DNA from: Candidatus Hodarchaeota archaeon
GTDB taxonomy: Archaea > Asgardarchaeota > Lokiarchaeia > Sigyniarchaeales > SOKP01
Assembly (NCBI GenBank): GCA_048887225.1
Contig: JBHLJY010000017.1
Span: 1 to 48,243, forward strand
Reading direction: 5' to 3'
DNA length: 48,243 nt
Within the stretch, counting starts at the first letter, position 1. Each line of letters opens with the position of its first letter. A model generated the notes under the pieces. That model searched no databases. It was not told where the DNA came from and worked only from the letters and a program-made list of their open reading frames with translations. This document shows positions 19,582 through 29,246 of this stretch, piece after piece. The position numbers were made by a program, and so were the translations under genes.

Positions 19582-21046
19582 GATGTTAGCTCGAAGGTTT
19601 TTACTAATTTTAAATACCATAAATGCAGTGATCTTCATTTTTATCTTATTCATTTTCAGCTCTATCTTTAACTTTGAGTCTGTAGTTGAAAATCCTGAAG
19701 GAAATGTGGTTTTTTTTGAAGTCATTAGCTATTTAAAAAATGTTCTAATTTACTTAATATATTTCTGTTTATATATAGTCGCAAGTTCAATTGGACTTCT
19801 TGTGGCTTTTCTTTTTAGTCCTTTACCTAATTTTGATGAAAGATTTTTATATAACTTTATTATAGAATTTTTCAAAAATTATTTTAGTATATGGTTTCCT
19901 TTTCCAAATGGAAAAGCACCCTATTTACATGAAATTCCAGATTTAATCGTTAAAAATTTTTTAAATCTTCTTAGTAATCTCTATTTATTTTCTTTTGTAC
20001 TGATATTTATAATTGCTATAATATTTTTTATAAGAGCTATATTCCAGAACGACCCGAAATATAGTCTTGTGGCAATTGGTAGTTTAGTATTAATGATTAT
20101 AATACCTCTTATGGTGTTTGGTTTTAATAATATGTTGCTTTTATTTTATGTTAAACTTAAAGAATTAGAAAATTTAGTAAATCCAATTTCCAAGAAATTA
20201 ACAGATTTACCGTTAGATAATTTTTTTGATTTTATTGCTAGTCCTGTTGCCTTACTTGCTATTATGTGCTATCTTTATTTAGAAATTGCATTTCAAATTA
20301 ATTATACAGATACGGTTACTAAACCTTCTTTAGAAAGAAGCGAAAGATTAAGAACTCAATTACGAATTTTACGAAGAGAATCAATGCTCATAACTACCGA
20401 TGTAGACAAAATTAAAGAAGAAGCTAAGAAAAAAAGAGAAGAAATTGAAGCAGAAAAAGAAAAAATTATAAAGCTTTTTGCCAAAACTACTGAGAGATTT
20501 TCTTATATAAAAGAAATGATAGAGAAAAGAAAATTGGAGGAAGAAGAGAAAAAACTCGTTACAGCTGCTTCGAAGACAAGACGGCTTGGTAGATATGTAG
20601 AACGTCTTTTTAGAGAGGATTCTGAAGCAGAAAACACTTTAACAGCAAAATCTTCTGCTCCACAAGCTAAAAATTTGGTAACTTCCACCGGTATCAATTT
20701 TGCTTTTAGAGTAATTCTTTTAATTATTATAAGTTTCATAATTATCCATCCTCGTTGGTTTTTCATTCATGTGTTTAATTTGCCTCCTGCGATTACAGAG
20801 TCATTAGCGATGTATTCTCCAGAAGCCGTAATTATTTTACTTCTACCGCTGATGTTACTCTTTCCATTAATAGCAGAGGGTATATCTTACGCTAAACATA
20901 GAAATTTGATTATAAGATTAAAGCAAGAAGGAAGAATTAAGGAAATTATTGCTTCTGTTGGCGATTACGTTAAAATTGAGGAGGAAGTGGTGAAAAAAGA
21001 AGGAGAAATTGCTGAAGCAGCACCCATGGCTGTGGAAACAGTATAG
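19571..21046 (+). CDS. Polytopic membrane protein with an internal charged coiled-coil loop; last gene of the MoxR cluster
   Basis: About 7 hydrophobic segments flank an E/K/R-rich region (aa ~245-370). Start overlaps or abuts the DUF58 stop (TTG 19571 or ATG 19583). Confidence 0.8.
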   Translation: MPIKMLARRFLLILNTINAVIFIFILFIFSSIFNFESVVENPEGNVVFFEVISYLKNVLIYLIYFCLYIVASSIGLLVAFLFSPLPNFDERFLYNFIIEFFKNYFSIWFPFPNGKAPYLHEIPDLIVKNFLNLLSNLYLFSFVLIFIIAIIFFIRAIFQNDPKYSLVAIGSLVLMIIIPLMVFGFNNMLLLFYVKLKELENLVNPISKKLTDLPLDNFFDFIASPVALLAIMCYLYLEIAFQINYTDTVTKPSLERSERLRTQLRILRRESMLITTDVDKIKEEAKKKREEIEAEKEKIIKLFAKTTERFSYIKEMIEKRKLEEEEKKLVTAASKTRRLGRYVERLFREDSEAENTLTAKSSAPQAKNLVTSTGINFAFRVILLIIISFIIIHPRWFFIHVFNLPPAITESLAMYSPEAVIILLLPLMLLFPLIAEGISYAKHRNLIIRLKQEGRIKEIIASVGDYVKIEEEVVKKEGEIAEAAPMAVETV

Positions 21047-21052
21047 GTTTTA

Positions 21053-21982
21053 TCAACTATTAATTAAAAATTGAGCTAATTCTTTTTTTTTTTTTAAATT
21101 TATCATTAATGTATCAAAACAAAAAGTTCTAATTCCTAGTTTTTCGATTTTTGGTTTTAATCTGCAATCTTTATTATCAATAACAAAATTCCCTAAAAAT
21201 TCTTTGTAGTATTTCGCTACTCCAAGCGCAGAAACCTCTAAATCGAAACTTCTCATAAGTTTATCAGCGGGTCCTTTAACAGCTGTGCCTTCAATTATGG
21301 GGCTTATTGCGTATACTTTGTTTTTTACTTTTGTTAATGATTCTCTTATTCCTTTCACTTGAAGGATAGTTCCAATAGAAACAATTGGATTTGAGGGACA
21401 TATAATTATTTTTTTAGCCTCTTCTATGTATTCTAATACACCATCAACCGGCTTAGCCTTGTCAATTCCTTTAAATTCAACATCAAGAATGTGTGGTTCA
21501 CATTGATGTTTTATAAAATATTCCTCGAAATGCATATTTTTCTCAGACGTTTTAATATACGTTTCTACGTTTTCATTACACATAGGGATTATTTCAGGCT
21601 TTACCCCTAATTTTTTACAAATTTTTTTTGTTATCTCAGCTTTATTAAATCCTTGATTAAATAAATCCGTACGATAAATATGAGTTGCTAAATCTTTATC
21701 TCCAGCATTAAACCATCCTATATCATAATATTTTTCTAAAATTCTTAAACAATTAAATGATTCATTAACAAAACCCCAACCTTTGCTTTTATCTACTAAA
21801 TTCGCTAAAGTATAAGTAATAATATCTAAATCGGGACATATTTTAAGACCAAATAATTCAATATCATCACCAGTATTGACAATTATTTTTAATAACTTTG
21901 GATCTACTACTTGAACTAAGCCCTCAATAAATTTTGCGGCGCCCACACCCCCAGCAAGAATTAAGTAATGATCTTTAGACAT
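21053..21982 (-). CDS. cofD: 2-phospho-L-lactate transferase CofD/FbiA (F420 biosynthesis)
   Basis: LAGGVGAAKF, IVNTGDD, ICPDLD, GDKDLATH, HFEEYF, PSNPIVSIG, VKGPADKLM. Confidence 0.96.
   Translation of the reverse strand: MSKDHYLILAGGVGAAKFIEGLVQVVDPKLLKIIVNTGDDIELFGLKICPDLDIITYTLANLVDKSKGWGFVNESFNCLRILEKYYDIGWFNAGDKDLATHIYRTDLFNQGFNKAEITKKICKKLGVKPEIIPMCNENVETYIKTSEKNMHFEEYFIKHQCEPHILDVEFKGIDKAKPVDGVLEYIEEAKKIIICPSNPIVSIGTILQVKGIRESLTKVKNKVYAISPIIEGTAVKGPADKLMRSFDLEVSALGVAKYYKEFLGNFVIDNKDCRLKPKIEKLGIRTFCFDTLMINLKKKKELAQFLINS
21083..21095 (+). terminator. Putative U-tract terminator (T13) for the MoxR cluster, embedded in the convergent cofD 3' end
   Basis: 13 consecutive T begin 37 nt after the stop at 21046; the convergent intergenic gap is only 6 nt. 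Confidence 0.4.
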
Positions 21983-21998
21983 AGTAAGTGATTAACTC

Positions 21999-23399
21999 TT
22001 ATTTTTTTACATCATAAATAATATCATTCAGGTTTTTACGTGTTGGAGCTTTAAGTTCTCTTAGAGGATACCCAACTGCTATGAATGCCATGGGCACGTA
22101 AGTTTTTGGCAACTTTAAATTATTCTTAATGATATCTTTTGAAAATAAAGGTGCGCAATACCAGCATGCTGCTAGTCCTTTTATTTGAAAAGCAAGTAAT
22201 AAGTAAGTTGCTGAAGCACTTATACTTTGTACTCCTAAAATAAACTCATTTTCGGCCCGTTCAGCATCAGGGTATTTTTCTAAATCCCTGGTATCTAAAC
22301 ACAATAGAATTAAATATGGAGCATTCAGAAAGGTTTTCCTTGATTTTTTAATCTTATTTTCAATAAACGATTTTGACCTCCCATCTTTACTTAAATCTTT
22401 CCTTAACTTTGCATTCATATTATAAATTAAAGTTTTACGAATTGTTCCTTTTTCCAAGAAAATATAACGCCAAAATTGTCTATTATGAGCACTTGGAGCC
22501 CATCTAGCTAAATCTATGCATTCTTCAATAATCTTTTTATCAATTTCTTTAATATCAAATTCTAATTTATAACTCCTCCGTCTTTTCAAGACCTCAAAAA
22601 ATTGATTAGTAAAATTTTCCTCTCTAAATAGATCAAATTTCTTCTCTCTCAAGATTGCTTTTATTGAAGCCTTTTCTGTTTTATCAAACTCATACCCTCT
22701 TATTATAATAACAGGAAGCCCCTCATCAGCCTCTCCCATAACTAATTGTGCTGCTGAAGCTAGGTTATCAACTTGTCCTATAATTGTGCTTTCCAATTTT
22801 TTCCCAAATAAATCTTTAGCCCCTCTTTTATCTAAAATTGGATCTATTCCCGAAACACCTAAGGCAACGCCAGTAGCTCCAACTCTAAATGCTCTCCCGA
22901 AAGAGTCTGAAATAATTACAGCTACATCTTTTCCAGTGACTACTTTTAGCATTTTTCTAATTTTTTTAGCTTCTAAATCTGGATTTCTAGGTAATAATGT
23001 GATACTATTTTCAGCTTTTACATTCGATTTATCAATTCCAGCATTCGCACAGATAAATCCGTGCTTAGTTTCAGTTATTAACACATGTTCAACCTTAATG
23101 ATCTCTTTTGCCTCATCCAATATGGATTGAATTAGTTCTGGACTTTTGATAGGTATTCCAGCTTTTTTAGCTTTTGGAGTTAATTTTTCATAAATTTCAA
23201 TAGCTTTTACGCTTGTTTTAATATCTTTTAAATTCCTAATCAATCCTTTACTCTTGGAGATTATTGTTTGAGCAATAACGATAACATCTCCATTCTCTAA
23301 AGATAAATTATTCTTATCTAAAACCTCAAGTATAATTTTTGGAATATTATCTCCAGGTTTTATGAAAGGGATCCCTTGAAGACCAATTATATTTATCAT
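21999..23399 (-). CDS. cofE: F420-0:gamma-glutamyl ligase CofE fused to a C-terminal FMN nitroreductase domain (FbiB architecture)
   Basis: CofE motifs ANAGIDKSN, SDSFGRAFRVG, GEADEGLPVIIIRG, DLFR; then nitroreductase motifs RRRSYK, WAPSAHNRQFWRY, GLAACW, IAVGYP. Confidence 0.93.
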   Translation of the reverse strand: MINIIGLQGIPFIKPGDNIPKIILEVLDKNNLSLENGDVIVIAQTIISKSKGLIRNLKDIKTSVKAIEIYEKLTPKAKKAGIPIKSPELIQSILDEAKEIIKVEHVLITETKHGFICANAGIDKSNVKAENSITLLPRNPDLEAKKIRKMLKVVTGKDVAVIISDSFGRAFRVGATGVALGVSGIDPILDKRGAKDLFGKKLESTIIGQVDNLASAAQLVMGEADEGLPVIIIRGYEFDKTEKASIKAILREKKFDLFREENFTNQFFEVLKRRRSYKLEFDIKEIDKKIIEECIDLARWAPSAHNRQFWRYIFLEKGTIRKTLIYNMNAKLRKDLSKDGRSKSFIENKIKKSRKTFLNAPYLILLCLDTRDLEKYPDAERAENEFILGVQSISASATYLLLAFQIKGLAACWYCAPLFSKDIIKNNLKLPKTYVPMAFIAVGYPLRELKAPTRKNLNDIIYDVKK

Positions 23400-23416
23400 G
23401 GTTGGATTTATTAATA

Positions 23417-24478
23417 TTAAATATTTAGATATCGTTTAATATCAGATTCATTGCTTTTTGCCAAATTCTCAAATTCTACGGGAATTGCACAACACGCAGA
23501 ATAAAATTTAAATTTAATATTTGGATTAATTGTTTTTAACCATTTTAAGGTTCGAGGTGAGGGAATTTCAATTCTAGTGACTCCTGCAACTAATGCTCTC
23601 TTTTCGAATTCTACTTTCATAACTCCTCTTGGTCTCATACATCCTAATGAGATTTCTGTACTTGGGAAAATAAACCTAATTGTTGTAATAACTTTTGCTA
23701 TATCAATAGGACTTAATTTTTCAAATTTCACATCAGAAGTTTTAGGAGGGATTAATGCAATTAATACTATCAAAGAGGGATCTATTCCAGATTCTTTAAT
23801 GAATTTTATCGATTCTAATTCTTTATGAAGCCTTCCATAATACAAGCCAATACAAATATGTGGAACAATATTTAATTTATATTTTTTTAAAAGAACTATT
23901 GCTTTTTTATAATCATCTACACTCTTATCTAAATGATAAATCTCTTTAATAACATCTTCATCCATATTTATATCAAATGATACGATATCCACATTAGCTT
24001 CTGCTAGTTTTTTCGCTGTTTCTTCATTCAATAATCCAGTATGGGTATTTATAATTAATTTATTATTTGTTTGATTTTTTACCTTTTTTATAGAATCTAA
24101 AAAATTTATTAATGGAACAGATCCATCTAATTCGCATCCTCCAGAAATTAAGACACCCACTCCTCCATTGTTATAATGATTCAATAGATGCTTTTCTAAA
24201 TCTAACTCTGATCTTATTGCCTTCATCCCATCTAGATATTTTCTATTACAATGGGCACAGTCTAATGCACATTCTCCCCCAGTCACACTAATAGCATGAA
24301 ATTTAATATTTGGAATGTATATCTTTAAGATATTTCCAAAATGTTGCCTTGTAATTTCTTGAGCTAGATTGAAAAATGGCTTTAATTTACCAGAAGGCAA
24401 TTCTAAAAATCTTGAAAAATGCGACCATGACGCATTTGCATCTTTGATCATGTTATATAATTTTGATACATCACTCAT
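23417..24478 (-). CDS. lipS1: Radical SAM lipoyl synthase subunit LipS1 (probable start ATG 24478; track start 24514)
   Basis: CALDCAHC radical SAM motif plus GCMR and C-terminal CC, the motifs I recall for Thermococcus-type LipS1. Adjacent to a lipoate ligase and LipS2. ATG overlaps the ligase stop (ATGAGTGA). Confidence 0.85.
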   Translation of the reverse strand: MSDVSKLYNMIKDANASWSHFSRFLELPSGKLKPFFNLAQEITRQHFGNILKIYIPNIKFHAISVTGGECALDCAHCNRKYLDGMKAIRSELDLEKHLLNHYNNGGVGVLISGGCELDGSVPLINFLDSIKKVKNQTNNKLIINTHTGLLNEETAKKLAEANVDIVSFDINMDEDVIKEIYHLDKSVDDYKKAIVLLKKYKLNIVPHICIGLYYGRLHKELESIKFIKESGIDPSLIVLIALIPPKTSDVKFEKLSPIDIAKVITTIRFIFPSTEISLGCMRPRGVMKVEFEKRALVAGVTRIEIPSPRTLKWLKTINPNIKFKFYSACCAIPVEFENLAKSNESDIKRYLNI

Positions 24479-25250
24479 ATTTATGCAACCATTCTTTATT
24501 TGAATATCTTTCAAAAATTAATATTTCAGCTTCTTGTAATTCGTAATCACAATAAGTTCCCTCATTTAGTTGTATTCTCAGTGTATTTTCAAATCCTTCT
24601 TTTAAAGATTTTATGAATTTCGATTCATCATAGTTTTTTAATTGATTTTTAATTCCTATACATTTAGCACGGACAGATTTGACTATTCTTGATTTACTTA
24701 CATTTTGAGGAGGTATTAATACAGAATACATCAATTCAGGGTCAATATCTAATAATATCGTTCCATGTTGTAATATGTATCCTTTTTTTCTTATCTGTGC
24801 GTTTCCCGAGAATTTTTTTCCATCTATAAATATTGCAGGACAGTGAATAACGCCCTTTTCTAGTTGTAATCCATAATTCTTCAACCCAGATATTATTCCT
24901 TGCGTAATTATTTCAAACTGTTCCATAATATTCTTAGCGTTTAGATTTTCTAAAAATTTTATTGGACATATTATTGAATAAGTAATTTCCCTATCTTTAT
25001 CGTGAAAAACAGCACCACCTCCAGTAATTCGACGGACAACGTTAAAACCTTTTTCTTTTGTTACTTTCATATCAACTTCATTAGAAAGACTTTGATTTCT
25101 GCCTATGCTTATTGTAGATGGATCCCATTTGTAAAATCTGACTGTGTAGGGCGATTCGTTCTTGATAACAGCCTTTAATATGGCTTCATCTAATGCCATA
25201 TTCCAATAACCATTTCTAACTTCTAATGGAATAAATCGCCAAGTGTTCAT
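24471..25250 (-). CDS. lplA: Lipoate/octanoate-protein ligase catalytic domain (LplA-N/LipM-like)
   Basis: NMALDEAIL, ISIGRNQ, VVRRITGGGAVFHD, GKKFSGNAQ, LQHGTIL. Lacks the C-terminal LplB domain. Confidence 0.92.
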   Translation of the reverse strand: MNTWRFIPLEVRNGYWNMALDEAILKAVIKNESPYTVRFYKWDPSTISIGRNQSLSNEVDMKVTKEKGFNVVRRITGGGAVFHDKDREITYSIICPIKFLENLNAKNIMEQFEIITQGIISGLKNYGLQLEKGVIHCPAIFIDGKKFSGNAQIRKKGYILQHGTILLDIDPELMYSVLIPPQNVSKSRIVKSVRAKCIGIKNQLKNYDESKFIKSLKEGFENTLRIQLNEGTYCDYELQEAEILIFERYSNKEWLHKYE

Positions 25251-25267
25251 TATCTCATTAAAACTTT

Positions 25268-26266
25268 TTAGTTAACAAATTTCTTTAAAATATTATAAAT
25301 TTCTTCTTTTTCTTTATCAGTTAATTTTCGTGGAAAATTATATATTGGACCAGATGGTCTGGAAGTATAATATGGACGATTACAATCAGGGCATCCTGGA
25401 GTTAAAAAAGCACCATCTTCATTAAGAATATTTTTCAATAGACTTTTATTTATATTAAATTTAATAATATCTCCTTTTGAATCAAACATGAAGGCATTTA
25501 GATCTCTATTTTTATCTAATATAAGATATCTTCCAAGCTGAATCTTTCTATAATCAACAATATTGGGCTGAGAAATATTTTCAAGCTTAGTTCCTTTTAT
25601 TGGAGTAAATGAAAACAATCCAGGTAAAATCTGTAAATCACGCAATTCATTAATAAGGCTTAGTACCTCCTTCTGAGTTTCACCTAAACCTATTATAATA
25701 TGAGTACTTACATTACCTTCTCCGAAAATATCTGAAGCTGTTATTAAACATTTGAAATGCTTTTCCCATCTATATGGACTTTTAACGCCTTTACCTTTTA
25801 TTTTATTAAAGATCACAGGTGTAACCCCATCTAGAGCAATCCCTACTCTTTCTACTCCTTTAGATTTTAACTCCTTTAATTGTTCTATGGATGTTGGAGG
25901 CATTGCAACGGAAATAGGAATATCTGAAATTTTACTAATTTGAGATATAATTTCAATTAAATCTTGAAAATTCTCTGGATAATTAAGTGTTTGAATACAA
26001 ATTCTTCTAAATTTTTTTAAAGGAGATGTATATTTTAATTTTGTTAAAAAATCTTTAAAATTATAAGCGGGCCATACAACTCGGGAGAGTTTTTCAAGAG
26101 CAGAATTCGAAGATCTTGCCTGCGGACAAAAACCGCAATTAGCAGAACATTTCCCAGATTTAAAAGTCATAATATAGCAAGTTGTGGGTGCAACTTCAAA
26201 TTTTATGGAATCTAAACCTAAAACGGCAGCCGAACCAATAGATACTCTAATTTTATTAATCGTCAT
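25268..26266 (-). CDS. lipS2: Radical SAM lipoyl synthase subunit LipS2
   Basis: CSANCGFC plus TPGCPDCNRP, matching the TxGCPxC(N/D)RP LipS2 motif; operon context. Confidence 0.87.
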   Translation of the reverse strand: MTINKIRVSIGSAAVLGLDSIKFEVAPTTCYIMTFKSGKCSANCGFCPQARSSNSALEKLSRVVWPAYNFKDFLTKLKYTSPLKKFRRICIQTLNYPENFQDLIEIISQISKISDIPISVAMPPTSIEQLKELKSKGVERVGIALDGVTPVIFNKIKGKGVKSPYRWEKHFKCLITASDIFGEGNVSTHIIIGLGETQKEVLSLINELRDLQILPGLFSFTPIKGTKLENISQPNIVDYRKIQLGRYLILDKNRDLNAFMFDSKGDIIKFNINKSLLKNILNEDGAFLTPGCPDCNRPYYTSRPSGPIYNFPRKLTDKEKEEIYNILKKFVN

Positions 26267-26441
26267 TAGTGTTCTTTAACCTAGGTGGGTTTTCTAGTTA
26301 AAACTATCTCTAAGATAAAAACTATTTGAGGCTTTAAAACCTTTATTCTTAATATCAGAAAAGTTTTCAAAAAAAATTTATGGAACGAAATATTAATATC
26401 TTAAATATTTAAATTATTCAGTGGAATAGGTTAAATTCGAG

Positions 26442-29228
26442 TTGGTTATTATGGTTGAGTACGATCCTCAGAAAATAGAAGCTAAATGGCAGCGCAGATG
26501 GGAAAAAGATAAAATTTTTGAAGTAAAGGAAGATCCAAAAAAGCCGAAATATTACGTTCTAGAAATGTATCCTTACCCTTCATCAGCACTCCATATGGGT
26601 CATTTACGTAATTATTCAATCGGCGATTGTTATGCAAGATATAAACGAATGTGTGGTTTCAATGTACTCTATCCTATGGGTTACGATTCATTCGGTTTAC
26701 CTGCTGAAAATGCAGCAATAGATCATGGTGCAAATCCAGAAATTTGGACGGATTCAAACATTGATGCTATTAAAGAACAACAAAAAAGAATAGGTCTCTC
26801 TTACGATTGGACACGGTTAATTTATAGTCATGATACAGATTATTATAAATGGGATCAATGGCTTTTTTTAAAATTTTTGGAAAAGGACCTCGCTTATAGA
26901 GAAGATTCTTATGTTAATTGGTGTCCTGGTTGTAATACTGTATTAGCTAACGAACAAGTACAAGGTGGTAAATGTTGGCGTTGTAACTCTGAAGCTGAAC
27001 AAAAATTTCTAACACAATGGTTTTTAAAAATAAGAGCCTATGCAGATGAATTGCTAGATTTTACAAATCTCGATTGGGGAGAAAATGTAAAAACAATGCA
27101 ACGTAATTGGATAGGACGTTCTGAAGGAAGCATAATAAAATTCCCTATTGTAGATGAAGATAGATCAATAGATATTTTCACTACAAGACCAGATACTTTA
27201 TATGGTGTTACATTTATGGTTTTTGCCCCCGAACATCCATGGGTAATAGAATGGGTAAAAGGGACTGAATACGAGGAAGAATTTGAGATATTGTATAACG
27301 AGGTTATGAAACAAGATCGATTTGAAAGAACTGATATTGAAATTGAAAAAAAAGGAATTTTTATCGGAAAATATTGCATTAACCCAATGACAAAAGAAGA
27401 GGTTCCAGTGTACATCGGAAATTTTGTTATTTATGAATATGGTGCTGGTGCTGTTATGGCAGTACCTGCCCACGACCAACGCGATTTCGAGTTTGCTAAA
27501 AAGTATAACATTGATATAAGAATAGTAATTCAACCTTTTGATTATGAATTAAGAGAAGATAAAATGACACGCTCATACGAAGGAGACGGTATTCTTATCA
27601 ACTCTGAAGAATTTAATGGTATGGAAAACCGTACAGCTATTAATTCGATAACAGAAAAATTAGAAAATATAGGTATGGGCTATGGTACAATAAATTATAA
27701 ATTAAGAGATTGGTTAATTTCGCGCCAACGTTATTGGGGGTGTCCTATTCCCATTATTTATTGCGATGATTGTGGAATTATACCAGTGCCATACCAAGAC
27801 TTGCCAGTTGAATTACCTAAAGATGTAAAATTCACAGGAAAAGGTAATCCATTGGAAACAAGTGATACGTTTGTTAATACCACGTGTCCTAAATGTGGAA
27901 AACCAGCTAAGCGCGAAACAGATACGATGGATACCTTTGTTGATAGCTCTTGGTATTTTTTTAAGTTTTGCGATCCGCATACCGAAGTTTGGCCCTATAG
28001 AAAGGAAATAGTTAATTATTGGATGAATGTAGACCAATATATTGGAGGCATTGAGCATGCGGTAATGCATCTGCTTTATGCACGATTCTTTACTAAAGTA
28101 ACTCGTGATCTTGGATTACATAATTTTGACGAACCATTCCAAGCACTTTTGACTCAGGGTATGATTAATAAAGCTCATCCTTATTGTTCCAAATGTGAAT
28201 CATTTGCGGTGGAAGCAGAAAAAAATAATAAAAAATGTAAGAGATGTGGAACCAAATATCTTTTGAAAAGTGTTAAAATGAGTAAATCTCTTGGAAATAC
28301 AGTTGATCCAATTGGAATTATGAATGATTATGGAGCTGATGCTGCGCGATTTTTTATATTATTCGGTGCAAGCCCACAATCGGGTCTAGAATGGTCAGAT
28401 GAAGGTGTTGGTTTTGCTTCTAGGTTTATTAGAAACACATTTTTAGAGTTAGCAAAACCTCCAGAAAACATAAAAAAAGAAAAAAATATTAGAGATATGC
28501 TTATAGTTTTTCATTTAAATAAAACAATTAAGTCTGTTTCTGAGGCTTTAGATAAAATTGCTATTCGTGATGCTGTAAATTACATAATACAATTTTTTTC
28601 TGATTTGAATAAATATAAATATGAAGGTGTAATTGAAGAAATCTACAAAGAATGCCAGGAAAAAATTACTTTACTGCTTCACCCCATCGCGCCTCATATG
28701 ACTGAAGAAATTTGGGAAATTATAGGCAAAAAAGGTTATATTAGCTTAGCCTCTTGGCCTTCTTACGAGGAAAAATTACTTACAACCGAAAATGACTTCA
28801 AATGGAAACTTATGGAAAATATAATAAACGATATTAATAACATCAAATTAGTAATGAAAAAAGATAAATTTAAACATATTTCAATTATCGTAGCTGATGA
28901 ATGGAAATTCAAATTTTATTCTAGTTTAATTAGATTATTAGAAAAAACGAGAAATCAAGGTGAAATTATGAAAGAAATTATGCAAGACAGCAATCTAAAA
29001 CCTCACGGGAAATATATCAGTCAGACTCTTAGTAAAATTCTAAAAAATGTTGGAAAATTCCCTAAATTTTCACTCTCAACCACCGAAGAATTAAGTTTTT
29101 TCAATGATATCAAATCAATTATTGAGAAGAAATATAATTGTGCTGTAGAGATCATCGTTGAAAAAGAATCAGAAGAAAAAAAAGCAGTTCAAGCGCTTCC
29201 AGGGAAACCTGCTATTATAATATTATAG
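26442..29228 (+). CDS. leuS: Leucyl-tRNA synthetase: bacterial-type core with archaeal-type C-terminal domain (likely start ATG 26451)
   Basis: [76 protein letters not shown]; ends [11 protein letters not shown]. Confidence 0.97.
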   Translation: MVIMVEYDPQKIEAKWQRRWEKDKIFEVKEDPKKPKYYVLEMYPYPSSALHMGHLRNYSIGDCYARYKRMCGFNVLYPMGYDSFGLPAENAAIDHGANPEIWTDSNIDAIKEQQKRIGLSYDWTRLIYSHDTDYYKWDQWLFLKFLEKDLAYREDSYVNWCPGCNTVLANEQVQGGKCWRCNSEAEQKFLTQWFLKIRAYADELLDFTNLDWGENVKTMQRNWIGRSEGSIIKFPIVDEDRSIDIFTTRPDTLYGVTFMVFAPEHPWVIEWVKGTEYEEEFEILYNEVMKQDRFERTDIEIEKKGIFIGKYCINPMTKEEVPVYIGNFVIYEYGAGAVMAVPAHDQRDFEFAKKYNIDIRIVIQPFDYELREDKMTRSYEGDGILINSEEFNGMENRTAINSITEKLENIGMGYGTINYKLRDWLISRQRYWGCPIPIIYCDDCGIIPVPYQDLPVELPKDVKFTGKGNPLETSDTFVNTTCPKCGKPAKRETDTMDTFVDSSWYFFKFCDPHTEVWPYRKEIVNYWMNVDQYIGGIEHAVMHLLYARFFTKVTRDLGLHNFDEPFQALLTQGMINKAHPYCSKCESFAVEAEKNNKKCKRCGTKYLLKSVKMSKSLGNTVDPIGIMNDYGADAARFFILFGASPQSGLEWSDEGVGFASRFIRNTFLELAKPPENIKKEKNIRDMLIVFHLNKTIKSVSEALDKIAIRDAVNYIIQFFSDLNKYKYEGVIEEIYKECQEKITLLLHPIAPHMTEEIWEIIGKKGYISLASWPSYEEKLLTTENDFKWKLMENIINDINNIKLVMKKDKFKHISIIVADEWKFKFYSSLIRLLEKTRNQGEIMKEIMQDSNLKPHGKYISQTLSKILKNVGKFPKFSLSTTEELSFFNDIKSIIEKKYNCAVEIIVEKESEEKKAVQALPGKPAIIIL

Positions 29229-29246
29229 TAAAGATGAAATTTCATT

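Noticed and set aside
23417-26266. Calling the two radical SAM genes biotin synthase or CofG/CofH because of the cofD/cofE neighbourhood
   Set aside because: The motifs (GCMR + CC; TPGCPDCNRP) and the intervening lipoate ligase fit LipS1/LipS2.
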